Source: a virus. From it: DNA of 64,000 bases. Every line of letters begins with the position of its first letter. The stretch's first letter is position 1. This document shows, piece by piece, positions 9,277 to 21,300 of this stretch. The translations under genes and the position numbers were made by a program. The stretch is taken from IMG/VR virus record IMGVR_UViG_3300026516_000001. One strand, written 5' to 3'. The notes under the pieces were generated by a model. It searched no databases. It had not been told where the DNA came from and worked only from the letters and a program-made list of their open reading frames with translations.

Positions 9277-9446
9277 CCCCACCACCCTGCAACTGCGCCC
9301 ACGTCCAGACCGCGATTGTCTGGACGCGAATCACCAAAGAACCGAAGCCGCAGCGGCATGACCGCTGCGGGCACCCAAGCGGGCCGCATCCGATGCGCGC
9401 GAAGTGCGCGTGGTTTGCGGAGAAGACTGAAGGAGTGGCGGAATGA
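9273..9446 (+). CDS. 57-aa Cys/His-rich protein, paralog of 8385..8564
   Basis: MTPPPCNCAHV...DRCGHPSGPHPMRAKCAW; ATGA overlaps. Confidence 0.7.
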   Translation: MTPPPCNCAHVQTAIVWTRITKEPKPQRHDRCGHPSGPHPMRAKCAWFAEKTEGVAE

Positions 9447-9979
9447 CCTCAAGCAACACGACTGCGGCCCGCCCGCTGGCTGCAGTAGCGCCGACTTTGC
9501 GCGTTGTTCCGTGCAGTTTGAAGGATGCGCAGCGGTTTGTAGCGAGCCTGCATCGGCACCACAAAGACCAGCCGCTGCCGGGGCACAAATTGAGTTTGGC
9601 TGTAGAGAAACAGACGCGGCTACTAAACGGGCCTGAGTGGGTGCGTGTGGGCGTGGCGATTATCGGGAACCCGAGCGCACCGGCCCTTCAGAAAGACCCG
9701 CTGCTGGTTGAGATTCGGCGTGTATGCACCGATGGCACCGCAAACGCCTGCAGCATGCTCTATGGCGCCGCCCGCAGAGCTCTGCGGGCGATGGGGTACG
9801 AGACGATCATCACGTACACCCTCCCTGAGGAAGGCGGCGCCAGTTTGCGCGCGGCTGGCTTCATTCTGGACAAGGCCGACGCGGGCGGATGCAGCGCGGA
9901 TTGGCACAACCGAAGAGGGCGCCGCGCCTTGCCGGTTGGTGACGACCTTGTGGGCGGCAAATGGAGGTGGCTGGGATGA
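9443..9979 (+). CDS. XF1762-family (Mom-like GNAT) protein
   Basis: HRHH, GVAIIG.P, EIRRVCTDGT.NACSMLYGAA, IITYTL.EEGGASLRAAG. Confidence 0.75.
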   Translation: MTSSNTTAARPLAAVAPTLRVVPCSLKDAQRFVASLHRHHKDQPLPGHKLSLAVEKQTRLLNGPEWVRVGVAIIGNPSAPALQKDPLLVEIRRVCTDGTANACSMLYGAARRALRAMGYETIITYTLPEEGGASLRAAGFILDKADAGGCSADWHNRRGRRALPVGDDLVGGKWRWLG

Positions 9980-10272
9980 GCGACGAATACACAAAGGGGC
10001 CGTGGTATGTCGGCTCTGGCACGCACGAAGGCCGAAACATCTATTCAGTTGCCTCCGTGACTGATGACGAGGGCTTTACCTATCAACCTATCGTCGCCTC
10101 GGCTGAAGATGACGGCATCAAGTGCTGGGACGCAAACGCCCGCCTGATCGCCGCCGCGCCCGATCTGCTTGAAGCGCTGCAAGAAATGGTGCGCACCTTT
10201 GCCAAAAACCACGCCCCAGCCGTAGATGTTGCCCGCGCAGCAATCGCCCGCGCCACCGGAGAGCAGCCATGA
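9976..10272 (+). CDS. Phage hypothetical protein
   Basis: Common T.GPW...ANARLIAAAPDLLEAL family. Confidence 0.85.
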   Translation: MSDEYTKGPWYVGSGTHEGRNIYSVASVTDDEGFTYQPIVASAEDDGIKCWDANARLIAAAPDLLEALQEMVRTFAKNHAPAVDVARAAIARATGEQP

Positions 10273-10679
10273 CCATCAAGATCGAGGCCGGGCAGACTCA
10301 CACGGTCGCCGGCTACCCGTTCGTGCGCTACGTGGCGAATCTTGTCGACGATGAAGGCTGCGGATACCAGACGGAAAGTTGGTGCCCTGGCTGCACAAGA
10401 GAAGAAGATGATCGCGACGAGCATGGATACCCATCGCTCTGCTATGTGGCCGATGGCGTTGGCTCAATGGTCCTCGATGTCGTTGCGACCTTCAAGCCCG
10501 GCCGCTTCCCCGAGCGGGTTTTCTACACGCGCCGCTTGGTCGATCCAGACGGGCGCGAGTTCGGGAAGCCCAACAAGCTGCGCGTCACCACTACCGCGCA
10601 ATTCCGCAGTCTGCTCAAAGGCTATCGGCATCCTTTTGAGGTGAGCGAATTTGCCCGCGCAACCGGAGAAAGCGAATGA
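10269..10679 (+). CDS. Hypothetical protein
   Basis: SD GGAG; ATGA-coupled. Confidence 0.75.
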   Translation: MTIKIEAGQTHTVAGYPFVRYVANLVDDEGCGYQTESWCPGCTREEDDRDEHGYPSLCYVADGVGSMVLDVVATFKPGRFPERVFYTRRLVDPDGREFGKPNKLRVTTTAQFRSLLKGYRHPFEVSEFARATGESE

Positions 10680-11125
10680 CCCCCACCGAAACCACCACCT
10701 TCCTGCGCCGCTACAACGAATGGCGCCGCACTGACGACAGGCATGGGCTGCCATACCCTGACCCACGAGAGATTGGTGCTGCGATTGACGCGGCGATTGA
10801 GATGATTGACCGCCTCGAAGCGGCTGAGAAATCCGATGCCGAGTCGCTGGCGATGTACCGCAAAGCGAGGGACGAGCGCGACGCCCTGCGCGCTGCCTTG
10901 CGCCACGAGGCTGACTGTGTGGAGGCGGCGAAGGCTGAGATCGACGCCCTGCGCGCTGAACTCGATGCGCTGAAGAGGCAGGAGCCTTACGCCTTCGCGG
11001 TGAACTTCCCGGAGTCATCTCGCGTTGAATTGGTTCACGACTTGGACGAGGCGTACGAAGACATGATATACGAGGCGTACGAGGTCAGGAAGCTCTACCT
11101 CGCCCCCGGCGCAAAAGGAGAATGA
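10676..11125 (+). CDS. Coiled-coil accessory protein (Ead/Ea22-like mosaic)
   Basis: ERDALRA repeats; coupled start. Confidence 0.7.
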   Translation: MTPTETTTFLRRYNEWRRTDDRHGLPYPDPREIGAAIDAAIEMIDRLEAAEKSDAESLAMYRKARDERDALRAALRHEADCVEAAKAEIDALRAELDALKRQEPYAFAVNFPESSRVELVHDLDEAYEDMIYEAYEVRKLYLAPGAKGE

Positions 11126-11126
11126 A

Positions 11127-11531
11127 ATGTGGCAACCAATCGAAACAGCGCCGAAAGATCAGTTCCTGTTGCTGTGTGGTCTTTCTGGATACACAACAAC
11201 TCCGATGGTAGTTACGACAGGGCGCATGTGCAGTGACTATCACGCTGGCAGGTGGATCGATCACGCAAATGACGATCTTACGGACTGGGGTTTTACACCG
11301 ACGCACTGGGCGCCTCTTACTCTCCCCGGCGCACAGCCCGCGCCGAGCGTGCCGGACGGCTTTAGCCGGGAAGATCTTGAGGCAGTGGCTGATGGTCTGG
11401 ATGGCTATGAAAAAACGGTCAATGTCGGCAACGTCACAGGCGAGGGTGATGACCATCTGGAATCCACAACTGCATATGCCGCTCGGTTCATTCGCACCAT
11501 GCTCGCAGCCGCCCCGGAGGCCAAGCCATGA
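11127..11531 (+). CDS. DUF551-like accessory protein
   Basis: WQPIETAPKD...PTHW.PL; MLAAAP tail. Confidence 0.75.
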   Translation: MWQPIETAPKDQFLLLCGLSGYTTTPMVVTTGRMCSDYHAGRWIDHANDDLTDWGFTPTHWAPLTLPGAQPAPSVPDGFSREDLEAVADGLDGYEKTVNVGNVTGEGDDHLESTTAYAARFIRTMLAAAPEAKP

Positions 11532-11749
11532 CCAGAGACGAGATCTACGAGCTGGCGCTTCAGTGCCGCGTCTGGATTCCGCTGGCAAGTGGCCCGGAGC
11601 GCGAGCAGACCATCGACAGGCTGCTCCGCTTTGCTGCCCTCGTCGCATCCGCGGAGCGCGAGGCATGCGCTGAAATCGCTGACGAGTACGAATACCAGCT
11701 CGTCGCGGGAAGCTGTGCAAGAGACATCCGCGCGCGAGGTGACGCATGA
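11528..11749 (+). CDS. Small phage protein (AEREACA...IRARG type)
   Basis: Common phage motif; coupled start. Confidence 0.75.
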   Translation: MTRDEIYELALQCRVWIPLASGPEREQTIDRLLRFAALVASAEREACAEIADEYEYQLVAGSCARDIRARGDA

Positions 11750-12294
11750 GTGACCAACCAATCTCGCTTTCCCGCGCAGATCGCCGCAAGTTCGAGAAGG
11801 CGATGCGCCGCACGCCGCGCGCTTCCCGCCAGAAGCCCAGCCGCGCCGATCTGCCGCTGCGCCTTATCCCATGGAACATCCACGGCGTGTGGGCGCCGCT
11901 TGACCGCATCCTCGCCAAGCTCGAGATCGACGGCACCGCCGAGTACTCCGGCGGTGAGCCGGTCCTTTACGACCCCGGGACGAACGACTGGCACAACAGC
12001 GCCCAGGCCATCCGCGGCATTGCCGAGTTCTACGATGTCGCCGCGCGGCGCAAGGGCTGGCCGGACGTTCAGACCGAGCCCATCACCCGCTTCGCGCGCC
12101 TGCTCGAGCTCGACGACGAGATCACCCAGCAGGATATCGACGACGTGCGCGCATCCTCGGACGTCCTGCGCAAGCTCGCCGGCTCGCTCACGCTGCGCGA
12201 GGCCCGCGCCTACCTGGACGAGACGTGCATCAAGATCGAGGTCGAGAAAGCGGGACTCACGGAGAGTGCAGCACAGCAGTGCATTCGCCAGTAA
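11746..12294 (+). CDS. Hypothetical protein, last gene of the early operon
   Basis: SD GAGG; strong GC3 bias. Confidence 0.8.
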   Translation: MSDQPISLSRADRRKFEKAMRRTPRASRQKPSRADLPLRLIPWNIHGVWAPLDRILAKLEIDGTAEYSGGEPVLYDPGTNDWHNSAQAIRGIAEFYDVAARRKGWPDVQTEPITRFARLLELDDEITQQDIDDVRASSDVLRKLAGSLTLREARAYLDETCIKIEVEKAGLTESAAQQCIRQ

Positions 12295-12306
12295 CAACAA
12301 GGGCTT

Positions 12307-12353
12307 GACGGCCGGCGCTCTGGAAGGTTACGCCACTTCCTGCGCCGGCCGTC
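12307..12353. terminator. Long hairpin between convergent early and late operons
   Basis: 12-bp stem GACGGCCGGCGC/GCGCCGGCCGTC plus inner GGAAG/CTTCC; no U-tract. Confidence 0.45.
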
Positions 12354-12359
12354 GTGCCG

Positions 12360-15300
12360 TCACTGCCGCATCAACTCTTCCCTGAGCTGCTGGCGCATCG
12401 CCCTCGGAGCCGTGTCGGCGATGCGCTGGGCCTTGTCCTTGCCCATCTCGCGCACGCGCCGCAGGATGTTCGGCATGCGGATCATCATCGGCTGGTCGGG
12501 GTTGTCCTCGTTCCATTGAGCGATCATGTCGCGCGCCTCCTGCACCTTGCCCGAGTCCTTCTCGTAGATGCCTGCCGCCCAGGCCGCGCTGATCCGATCT
12601 GCGCTCAGGCTGTAGAAGTCCTTCGCGCGCTGGTTCAGGTAGTTCGCGTCCTGAACTTTGGCCACGCTGGCCGGCTGGAAGCCGGTGGCCTTCAGTGCAG
12701 CCTCGAGATCCGTCGTTTCGAGAACCTTGCGGCCTCGTGTGTCGCGGTACTGGCCCATGACCGCCATGTCGACGCCCTTGGCGACGTTGCGCACGGCCAC
12801 CGGCGAAACCTCAAGCGCTGCGCCGCCGAGATCGCCGGAGAGCGCCTTGCGCGCACCAGTGACGATTCGGTTGCCGAGATCGCCGACAGGCCCGAGAAGC
12901 TCCAGGACGTCGCGGGTATGATTCGATCGATCGAGGAAGATCCCAGTGCCGGGAATCAGGTTCCCAAGACCCAGGCGCCCCGACACATCCAGCGGCACGC
13001 CCGGCAGCCCGCTGACGCCGCGCTCGATGAAGTCCGCAGCATCGGCGCCGAAGGTGTCGATCAGGAATTGCTGACGAGCCTTCTTGGTCGAGAAGTTGTA
13101 GCCGGCGATCTGCGCAATGCCGTCGATCAGGTCTTCCGCGTCTTCCATGAACGGGAGGCCGCCGCCGCCGCCCATCAGCAGCACCATCGCGAGCATCAGC
13201 GCGACCGCCTTGCGTCCGGCTTTGCGCTCGGCAGATCCCGGCGCGCCCTGCGACCACAGGCGCGACATCAGCTCCATGTAGGCAACCGAGTACGTCTTGA
13301 AGGTCATCAGCGTGCCGCCGACTGCGCCGCGGCCCCATTGCATCTTGCTCGCCTTGGAGTAGACGAACTGCGTCTCCTGCACTGCGCGCCGCGCGAACGC
13401 CGCTGGATCCTCCATGCGCTTCTGCTTCGCCACCCGGTAAGCGGCAATGAAGGTGATGCGCCGGTTCAACTGCTCGGCCGCAGAGAAGAGCTTGCCCCAG
13501 GCCGCAGACAGGCGGGTGATGCTGTTCGAGGCTAGCGCCCGGGCGTTGCCCGCCCGCGTTCCGTCGCCAGCCGTCAGCGAGCCCGAGCCGCGAGCTTGCG
13601 CCATGAGCTGATGGACCTCTTGCGGACTCACGACGCCATCTTCCTCCGCGGCCTTGAGTGCTTCTGCAAGGTCCGACTCGTACCTGTGTCCGCGCGTAGC
13701 GATGTGCTTGGCGGCCTTGCCAATCTCTGCCGCCGCCATCTTGGCGCCGCCGTGCTGGCTCAACCAGGGGAAGGTCACGGCTGCCGGCTGGGTCATGTTG
13801 ACGAAGGCCGACGCCACGGAGCCGCCCAGGTACTGCGCGAACAGCAGGCCGCGGATCGCCTGTGCCTCTTCCTGCGGATTCTTGATGTATTCGGACAGCT
13901 TGACGGCAACGTCCTTGAGCTCGCCCTGCTCCTTCGGAATGTCGCTCACCGCCTGCGACAAGTCGCCCATGTGCAGGCCGGCGGCAGTCTGGCGCGCGTT
14001 CGAGTAGGCGAACGAGGCCAGCACCCGGCCCACGTCCTCGCTGAAGCCGGCGATCCCCTTGCGGTGAATCAGGCGGCGCAGCGCGGAACGGTTGGTCTTC
14101 GTCAGGCGCAGGTATTCCTGGAAGGCGCGGTCTTGCGCTTCGTCGCCGGTCGAGTCGAGGCCCAGCATGTTGCCGAACAGCTCCAGCGACTCGGGTGTGA
14201 TGCCCGCGAACAGCCGGAAGGCCTCGTCGGACAGCGTGCCTTGCGTGACCGTGCCGGCGCCAAATTCGGCCCGCATGCGCTCGGCCATCTTGTTCGCTTC
14301 GCGCGCCGTCTCGAAGAGCCCGAAGTATTCGCGGTTGCCGTCGACCACCACGTCGACCGTGTATTTGCCGAAGCGCGACAGCGGCGCGTAGCCGTTGGCC
14401 TGCAGCTTCAGCACTTTCTGCATGCGATCCATGACGCCCTGCCCCGTCGCCATCAACTGCTCGGCGCGGTCCGGCTGGGCGTTGGCCTGCTCGCTCAGGT
14501 TCATCACGATCAGGCTCGCGGCCTCGCGCAGTGTCTCGGCCTCCATCACCGGATCTCGAAGGAAGCGCACATCTTCGCCGGCAAAGCGGAGCATGTCGGC
14601 GCGCGCCATAGTGTCCAGGCTTCGGTCGACCGCCGCGCGGAACTCGCGGTAGAGCTCGATCTGAGCCGGCGTCAGGCTGAACAGGCTCACCAACTCGTCG
14701 TCGGTCCAGACAATGCCCGGCTGCAGGAACGAGTTTTCGTAGCGCGTCCTGATCGCGCTTTCAAACTGCGCATCAGGCATGCCACGCCACATGCGCAGCG
14801 TGCGCTCTTCGATCGCGCCCCGACTGACGAGCTCGGCGGCCATTTCTTCGATCGACAGGCCTGATGCCGCATCAATCAGCGCATCCACGCGCACCGGGCG
14901 GCCGTCGGCGTCGCGCGTCCACGAGAGCGTGCCCTCGAAGATCGGCTTGCCCACGGCGGCGTTGTCCTCGGCGCTGATCGGCGACTTCATGATGTCGCGC
15001 CACGTATCCAGGCGCGGCAGCAGCTTCGGCGCGCGCTCGGCGGCGTCGGTCGCGTAGTGGCTCACGTCGTCAATGAACCCTTGCGCAGCCTGGAAGACCG
15101 GCCGGAAGGCGGGCGAGCGCTCGGCGAGGTTGTACATGGTGCCGATGGTCTTGTGCCACCAGGACAGCTTGCCGGGCGCGGTCAGGGTGTTGTTCAGCTC
15201 GGTCGTGGCCCGACTGGCGAGCTCGCGGAGGCCGGATCGGCTGAACTGCAAGTCATCCGCGCCACGCTCGGCCGTCTGTGCAATGCTGCCGCGCGCCTGC

Positions 15301-18300
15301 TGCTGCGCCATTCTGATGTTGCGCTTGTGCCAGAACGCCGCACGCCCAGCATTCGGGGCGTCGTCGGTCAGGATGCGCTCGGCCACGCGCAGCACCTCAG
15401 ACAGCGCAGTGTCGTTGCGCGCGCCCAGGCCCAGCAGGTTGCGCACCGCCTGAACGAAATTCGACCACATCGAGCCCGAGCGATACGGAATCGTCTCCAG
15501 GTAGGCTTGCGCCTCGCCGCTCGACAGCGCCCACGCCAGCACCTCATCGTCGCTACGGAAGGCGTTGTTTGCGCCGCCACGCATGTCCTGCTCAAACGCG
15601 GTGAGCGTTGCCTTGCCGGCGTCTGCTGCATCGAAGCGCTTGCGAATGTGCTCTGCAATGGCATCAGTCACGGCCATCAGGTCGCGCGCATGCTTGCCGG
15701 CCAGAGAATTTGGATTCTGCGTGCCATAGAAAACCATGCCGGCCGTGGCGGCATGAACCAGCTCGTGCAGCAAAACCTCTTCTTCCGTGCCGACCCTGCC
15801 GGTCATGTCCGCGCCGTTGAGCCACACAACGATGTCGCGTCCCTTCTCGTCGAATCCTGTTTCCGTGTATCCGCGCGAATTCGCCATACTGGCGGGGGCC
15901 ATGTCGCCGCGGTGGACAATCTTCAGGTCGAGCGCAACGCCTGCTTTCTCAAGACGCCGCAACTTCTCCATCACCTTTTGCGCAACGGCCGCTTTCGCGC
16001 CGTCTTTCGAGCGCGTCAAGAACTGCGCCGCTTCGATCAGCGTCTTGCCCTCAATGGCAGACTGCACGCGCTGCGCTTCTTGTGCGGGGACGTCGCCGAC
16101 TGAGCGGCTGAAGAGGATGTCGTCGTTGTCCGGATCGAAGTCGCCATTGTTGCCCACGGCGGATTTGATCTGGCTCGGGCGGAAAACAATGAATATGTCA
16201 GTCGTAGGAGATAAGTGCGCATGACCTGTTGCAGAGTCTGTCGTGTTGCGCAGCACCACCCCGTCATTTCCATTTTTTATCGCCCTTTCAACTAGAGATG
16301 CGTATGTTTCATCTCGATACGTACCTCCAGAAAACTCGTGATATAGCGGGTTTTGAATTGACAAATACACTGGGTAGACAACGCTGCCATCAATTCGCGT
16401 GGCGAGAAATTTGCTCTCCCTATCGCTATCTTCAGCAAGAGAATCCCATTCATTGAGGTCTTTTTTGTCGGCGTCTTGCTGCTCTTTTTTTAGTTCTGAT
16501 ATACGCCGTTCAATTTCTTCTCGCCTTGCGAGCAGATTTCTCCTGAAGCCATCTTTATCTTCGATGGCGTCAAGGGCTTTTTCTTTATCCTTACTTCTTA
16601 GGACAAGACCAGCCTCAATGTTTTCCTTGATGAGCAGCTTTATTTCATTTGCTCTGCGAATATTTTCGCGGTCAAGAAACGCATACGTATTTGCAACGGC
16701 GGGGTTACTTGCGAAAAAGAACCCATTTTTTGCGCTTCTTGCTGATGTTGTTTCACCTAAACGACTAGCATCGAAAACAGAAAAGTCCCCTTGAGTGCCG
16801 TGATACACCACCAGCGGCTGCCCCCGCTCATCGACCACCTTCGAGTCGCCGAACCAGCGGCGGAAGGCTTCGGATTGCGGGGCGCGCGATCCGATGCTCG
16901 CCTGAGCATTCGCCCGCCCGCGCACCTCACCGCCAGCCGCCCGATCTAGCCCGGCCATGGCGTAGCCCACGAAGTCGTCCACCGTCATCGTCTTCGCGCC
17001 CAGCCCGTTGCGCAGCATCCAGGTGCGGATCATGCCGGCAAACGATCGCAGGAAGTCCCCCACGCGCTTGCCGATCTTCGCATCCACCCACTGCATGAAG
17101 GCGTTGTCGGCGAAGGTGTAACCCGCGCTGCGGCCTTCGATCACAGCCTGTTCCACGATATAGGCGGAGGCTTCTGCGGCATTGCCCACTTCGCCCGCCT
17201 TAATCATCCGCAGCATCACGCGATCGAGGAAGGCGCGCAGATCCTCGTCCTTCAGGCTGTGCCGGTTGCGGACCATCTCCAGCGCGCGAGCGTCGATCTT
17301 CTGGCGCTGCTGGCCGTGCATCATTTCGTGCAGCATCACCGCCGTGGCCGTGACCGGGTTCAGGTTCGGCCCCACAAGGAAGGTCAGGCCGGTCTTGGGG
17401 TCGTAGAAGCCATTGAGCCGCCCAGCGCTCGAGAATTTGCGCATGGTCGAATCCAGCTTGCGGCCAGTCCTTTCGGCCACAATGCGGCCGATCTCGGCAT
17501 TGTCGGCCGTTCCGACCACGATCACACCACCGCGCTTGCCGGCTCGGCCGCGCTCCAGCAGCTTGCTGGTGACGTCGGCGAGGCCGTCGAACTGGATGCG
17601 CATCGCGCGCACGAGCCCCTTTTCGGTGATGCCGATCCGGACTGCATTGCGATCGCGCGGGAGCGTCGCCGAAAAGGCCATGGAGTCGTCGGCCGGATCC
17701 TGGCGCGCGAAAGTGCCGTCGGCGTTGCGCAGCGGGTTGATCTGCCCGATCGCACCCGAAACATCGCTTTCGACGTCACCTTCAGCGTCGCTTTCGACGT
17801 TGATTCGCGCAAGGTCGCTGCTCGCCTTGAGTGCGGCAACGACTTCCTGGAGACGGCTTCGCTTCTGATTCAGCTCTTCCAGTTGCGGGAACGTCTTTTC
17901 GGCCTGCGCCTTCAGGTCCGGAAGTTCGCGCTCCGCCCGGGCGACTGCGCGCTCCTGGCTTGCCGCGTCGGCGCGGCTGTAGGCCGGGTCGAACTGGCCA
18001 AGCACCTTCTGCAGCGCCGCGCGCAGCGATGAGCCGGAGAACACCGGGCTTTCGTAGCTGTGCTCGCGCACGAGAACCGGCTTGCCGTCTTTGTCGAGCA
18101 CCGCAACCGTTGCGACGCTGTTCGTATCCGGCCGCCAACGGCTCGGCGCGACGTCAATCTCGACGCTCATGCCGTTAATGGTGATGCCGTCGATCGTGTA
18201 TTCGCGCCCACTGCCGCGCCGCTCGATGATGGCGCGCACCGCAGAACTTAGGTCGATCACCTTCTCGCCGTTGATCTCGGCCTCAAAGCCTGGATCGCCC

Positions 18301-21300
18301 ATGCTCTCGTGGATCAGCGCCGAGATCCGGTCCTTGCTGGTCGCCTTCTCGCCATTCACTTCCACCACGTAGCGGCCTTTGCCGCTTTCCGTCTTGGCCT
18401 GCTGCTCTTCGATGGATGCCGCGGCCGCGAGCTCTGCTGCGTCCGATCTGGCGTATTCCTTGCCGTTGATCGTGACGCGGCGAGCGCTCGAGCGCTCATT
18501 GACGCCGGCCAGCTTGCGCTCCATGTCTTGCGAGAAGTCGCGCAACGTCTGCGCCCACTGCGGGCCGACCTTGATGGTGCGCTCGGCGCTGGCGATCTGG
18601 CTGCGAATGCCGCTCATGCGCCGGTTGAATGTGCGCTGCGCCATTTCGAGCTTCTTGATGTCGCCGTCCAGCATCACGCGCTCAACCATCAGCGGGTTTC
18701 CGGTCGCAAGCGCCGCCATTTCCGCCATGCTGGCCGATTCCTCGTCATCGAACTCCATCATGAAGGAGCCGTCGTACTTGCGGATGCCGTTGATCGCCTT
18801 GAGCTTCGTTGCGTTCAGGCTCCACATCTTCGCGTCCACCGTCATTTCGGTGGCGTAGGCGATCACGTCGACCGCGAACTCGTCGCCGTACTTCTCCAGC
18901 AGCGCATTGCCCTGGCGGACGATGCGGCCTTCGCGCTGCTCGATGTCGCTCGGCTTCCAGGTCACGTCGACGTGGTGCAGTGCGACCAAGCGGTCCTGCA
19001 CGTTGGTGCCGGCCCCCATGCGCGGCGTCGAGCCAATCAGTACGCGAACCTCGCCAGACTTCACCAGGGCGAACAGATCCGCCTTCTGCTTGTCGGTGTT
19101 GGCTTCCTGCACGAAGCGGATTTCGTTGGCGGGGATGCCCTTCGCGACCAGTTGGCGCTTGATTTCTGCGTAGGCATTCCAGCCGCCGTTCTGCGCCTCG
19201 CGCAGCTCCGCGATCTCGCTGGCGCTGTACTTCTCGAGCTTCTCGGTGATGGCGCCGATCTCCTTCTCGTCGCCCTTGTTGGTGGCCTTCTCAAGATCCG
19301 CCACGAGCTTGTCGTAGGCGGCAATGATCTTGTCGTCGCCCTTGGCCTTGGGCACGGAGCGATCCAGGAAAATGAGCTGCGTGCCGCGGTCGGCGTCCCA
19401 CTTCTCGTAGGTGGCGAAAACGTTGGCCACTACCGCGCCGATCTTGCCCTCTCCATCCGGCACCTTAGCCCAGGGGCTCACCGCGCGTGCGTCGAGCGAG
19501 ACTTTGCGAGCACGATCCATCAGGCGCAGCCGCTCGGCGTTGCGCTCTTTGCGGTTCTCGATGCCGGGCAGGCTATCGAAGCCGGCAACGATTTCGCGCA
19601 GGATCGCGCGCTGCGATTCGCTGGGCTTGATCGCCACCATTGCGCGGTCGCCCTTGCCTTCGATCTGGCTGCGCACCTTGGGTACCGGGAACGACTTGCC
19701 GGGGTTCGCCCGCGCGAAGTCGTCCTTCATGTCCTGCAGCGTTACCGCGTCGGCGATCGTGTAGTAGAGGTCCATGAGGGACTTCATGTTCATCCACTCG
19801 CGGCCCAGGCGCGTGACCTCCTTGAGCGATCCCGATTCGGTCGGCTCGTAGGCCGAGCTCGCGCTTACGAACGTGGTCCGCCAAGCGTCGAAATTCTCCA
19901 TGCCCAGCTCGGCCAGCTCTTTGGGCGCGAGGTTCTTGAGCACGAGGTACATTTCCGCCACGGAGTTGCTGATCGGCGTTCCGGTCAGGAACGCAACGGA
20001 CGTACCCGGGCGCTCGCGCAGCGAACGCAGCTTCAGGTTCAGGTCCATTGCCTTTCCGGATCCTGCCTTGTTGCCCATGCCTGCGGCGCCCTGCAGGTTT
20101 GACGAATAAGCGAGGTTCTTGAACTCGTGCCCCTCGTCAATCGTGAGGTCGTCGACGCCCATTTCCTCGAAGGTCAGCAGCCGGTCGCGCTTTCTGTCGC
20201 GAACCTTCGCGAGTCGATCCTCCAGCTTCTTGACCAGTCGCTCGGCCTCGGCAACGCCCATCGGCTTGCCCCAGCCGCTGAAGCCCGCTTCTTCCGCCGC
20301 CTTCTCGGCCTCGCTGACGGCCTCGTAGGCGATGCGCAGCTCTTCGTCCAGGTAGCGCTCTTCGGTGACCGGGTCGATGTCGATGAAGCCGAACGAACTA
20401 TGCCCCACGATCACCATGTCGTAGTCGCCAGCGCCAATCCGCGCAAACAGGCGGCGACGGCGCGACTTCTCGAAGTCCTCCTTGCCTGCCGCAAGAACAT
20501 TGGCGCCAGGGTAGAGCTTCTTCACGTCGGCAGCCCACTGCTCAACCAGATGGTTCGGCACGACGATCATCGGCTTCTTCGACAAGCCCATGCGACGGCG
20601 CTCCATGGCGCGGGCGATGGCCGTGAAGGTCTTGCCAGCCCCGACAGCGTGGTCGTACAGCACCGCGGAGTCGGTAATCCCGCGCCAAATGGCATTGAGC
20701 TGCCAGGGGCGCATCTTGATAACCTCGTCCGGCACCTTTCCGGGCAACGTCAAGAACGATCCGTCGCGCTGGCGCACCACGCGGGTGTTGAACTTCTCGT
20801 TGAAGACTTCCACCAGACGATCACGCCGCGCGTCGTCGGCAAAGGCCCAATCCAGAAACTCGTTGGCGATCTCGGTTGCCTTCATCTGCGACTCGAGCGT
20901 CGCCTCTTCATCAACCCAGGTTTTGCCGTCCGAGTCCTTGTGAGCCACCTTCACCGGCTTGGAGTTGAGCGTGCGCTCGACAATCTCACTCGTGCCCAGC
21001 GCGCGTTCGCTCGCAACCCACTCGGCCTTAGCGGAGCCGGTGGTGACGACGCTGAAGGTGTTGGTGACGGGCGAGTAGGTGACGACGCTTCGACTATACC
21101 CAAGGTGCTTCATGAAGTCGGCGTACACATCGGCCGGAATCCACGCGCTGCCGATGTTGGGTGTGATCTGCGTCGCGTCCCAGGTCTCCGGCTGCACTCG
21201 CTCCAGTGCCGCTACGTTCTTCTCGAGCCCGGCCGACTTTGCGGCCATCAGTTTGCGGCGCACCAATCCGGAAAGGTAGCCGTCCGCGGGTTCCAAACTA

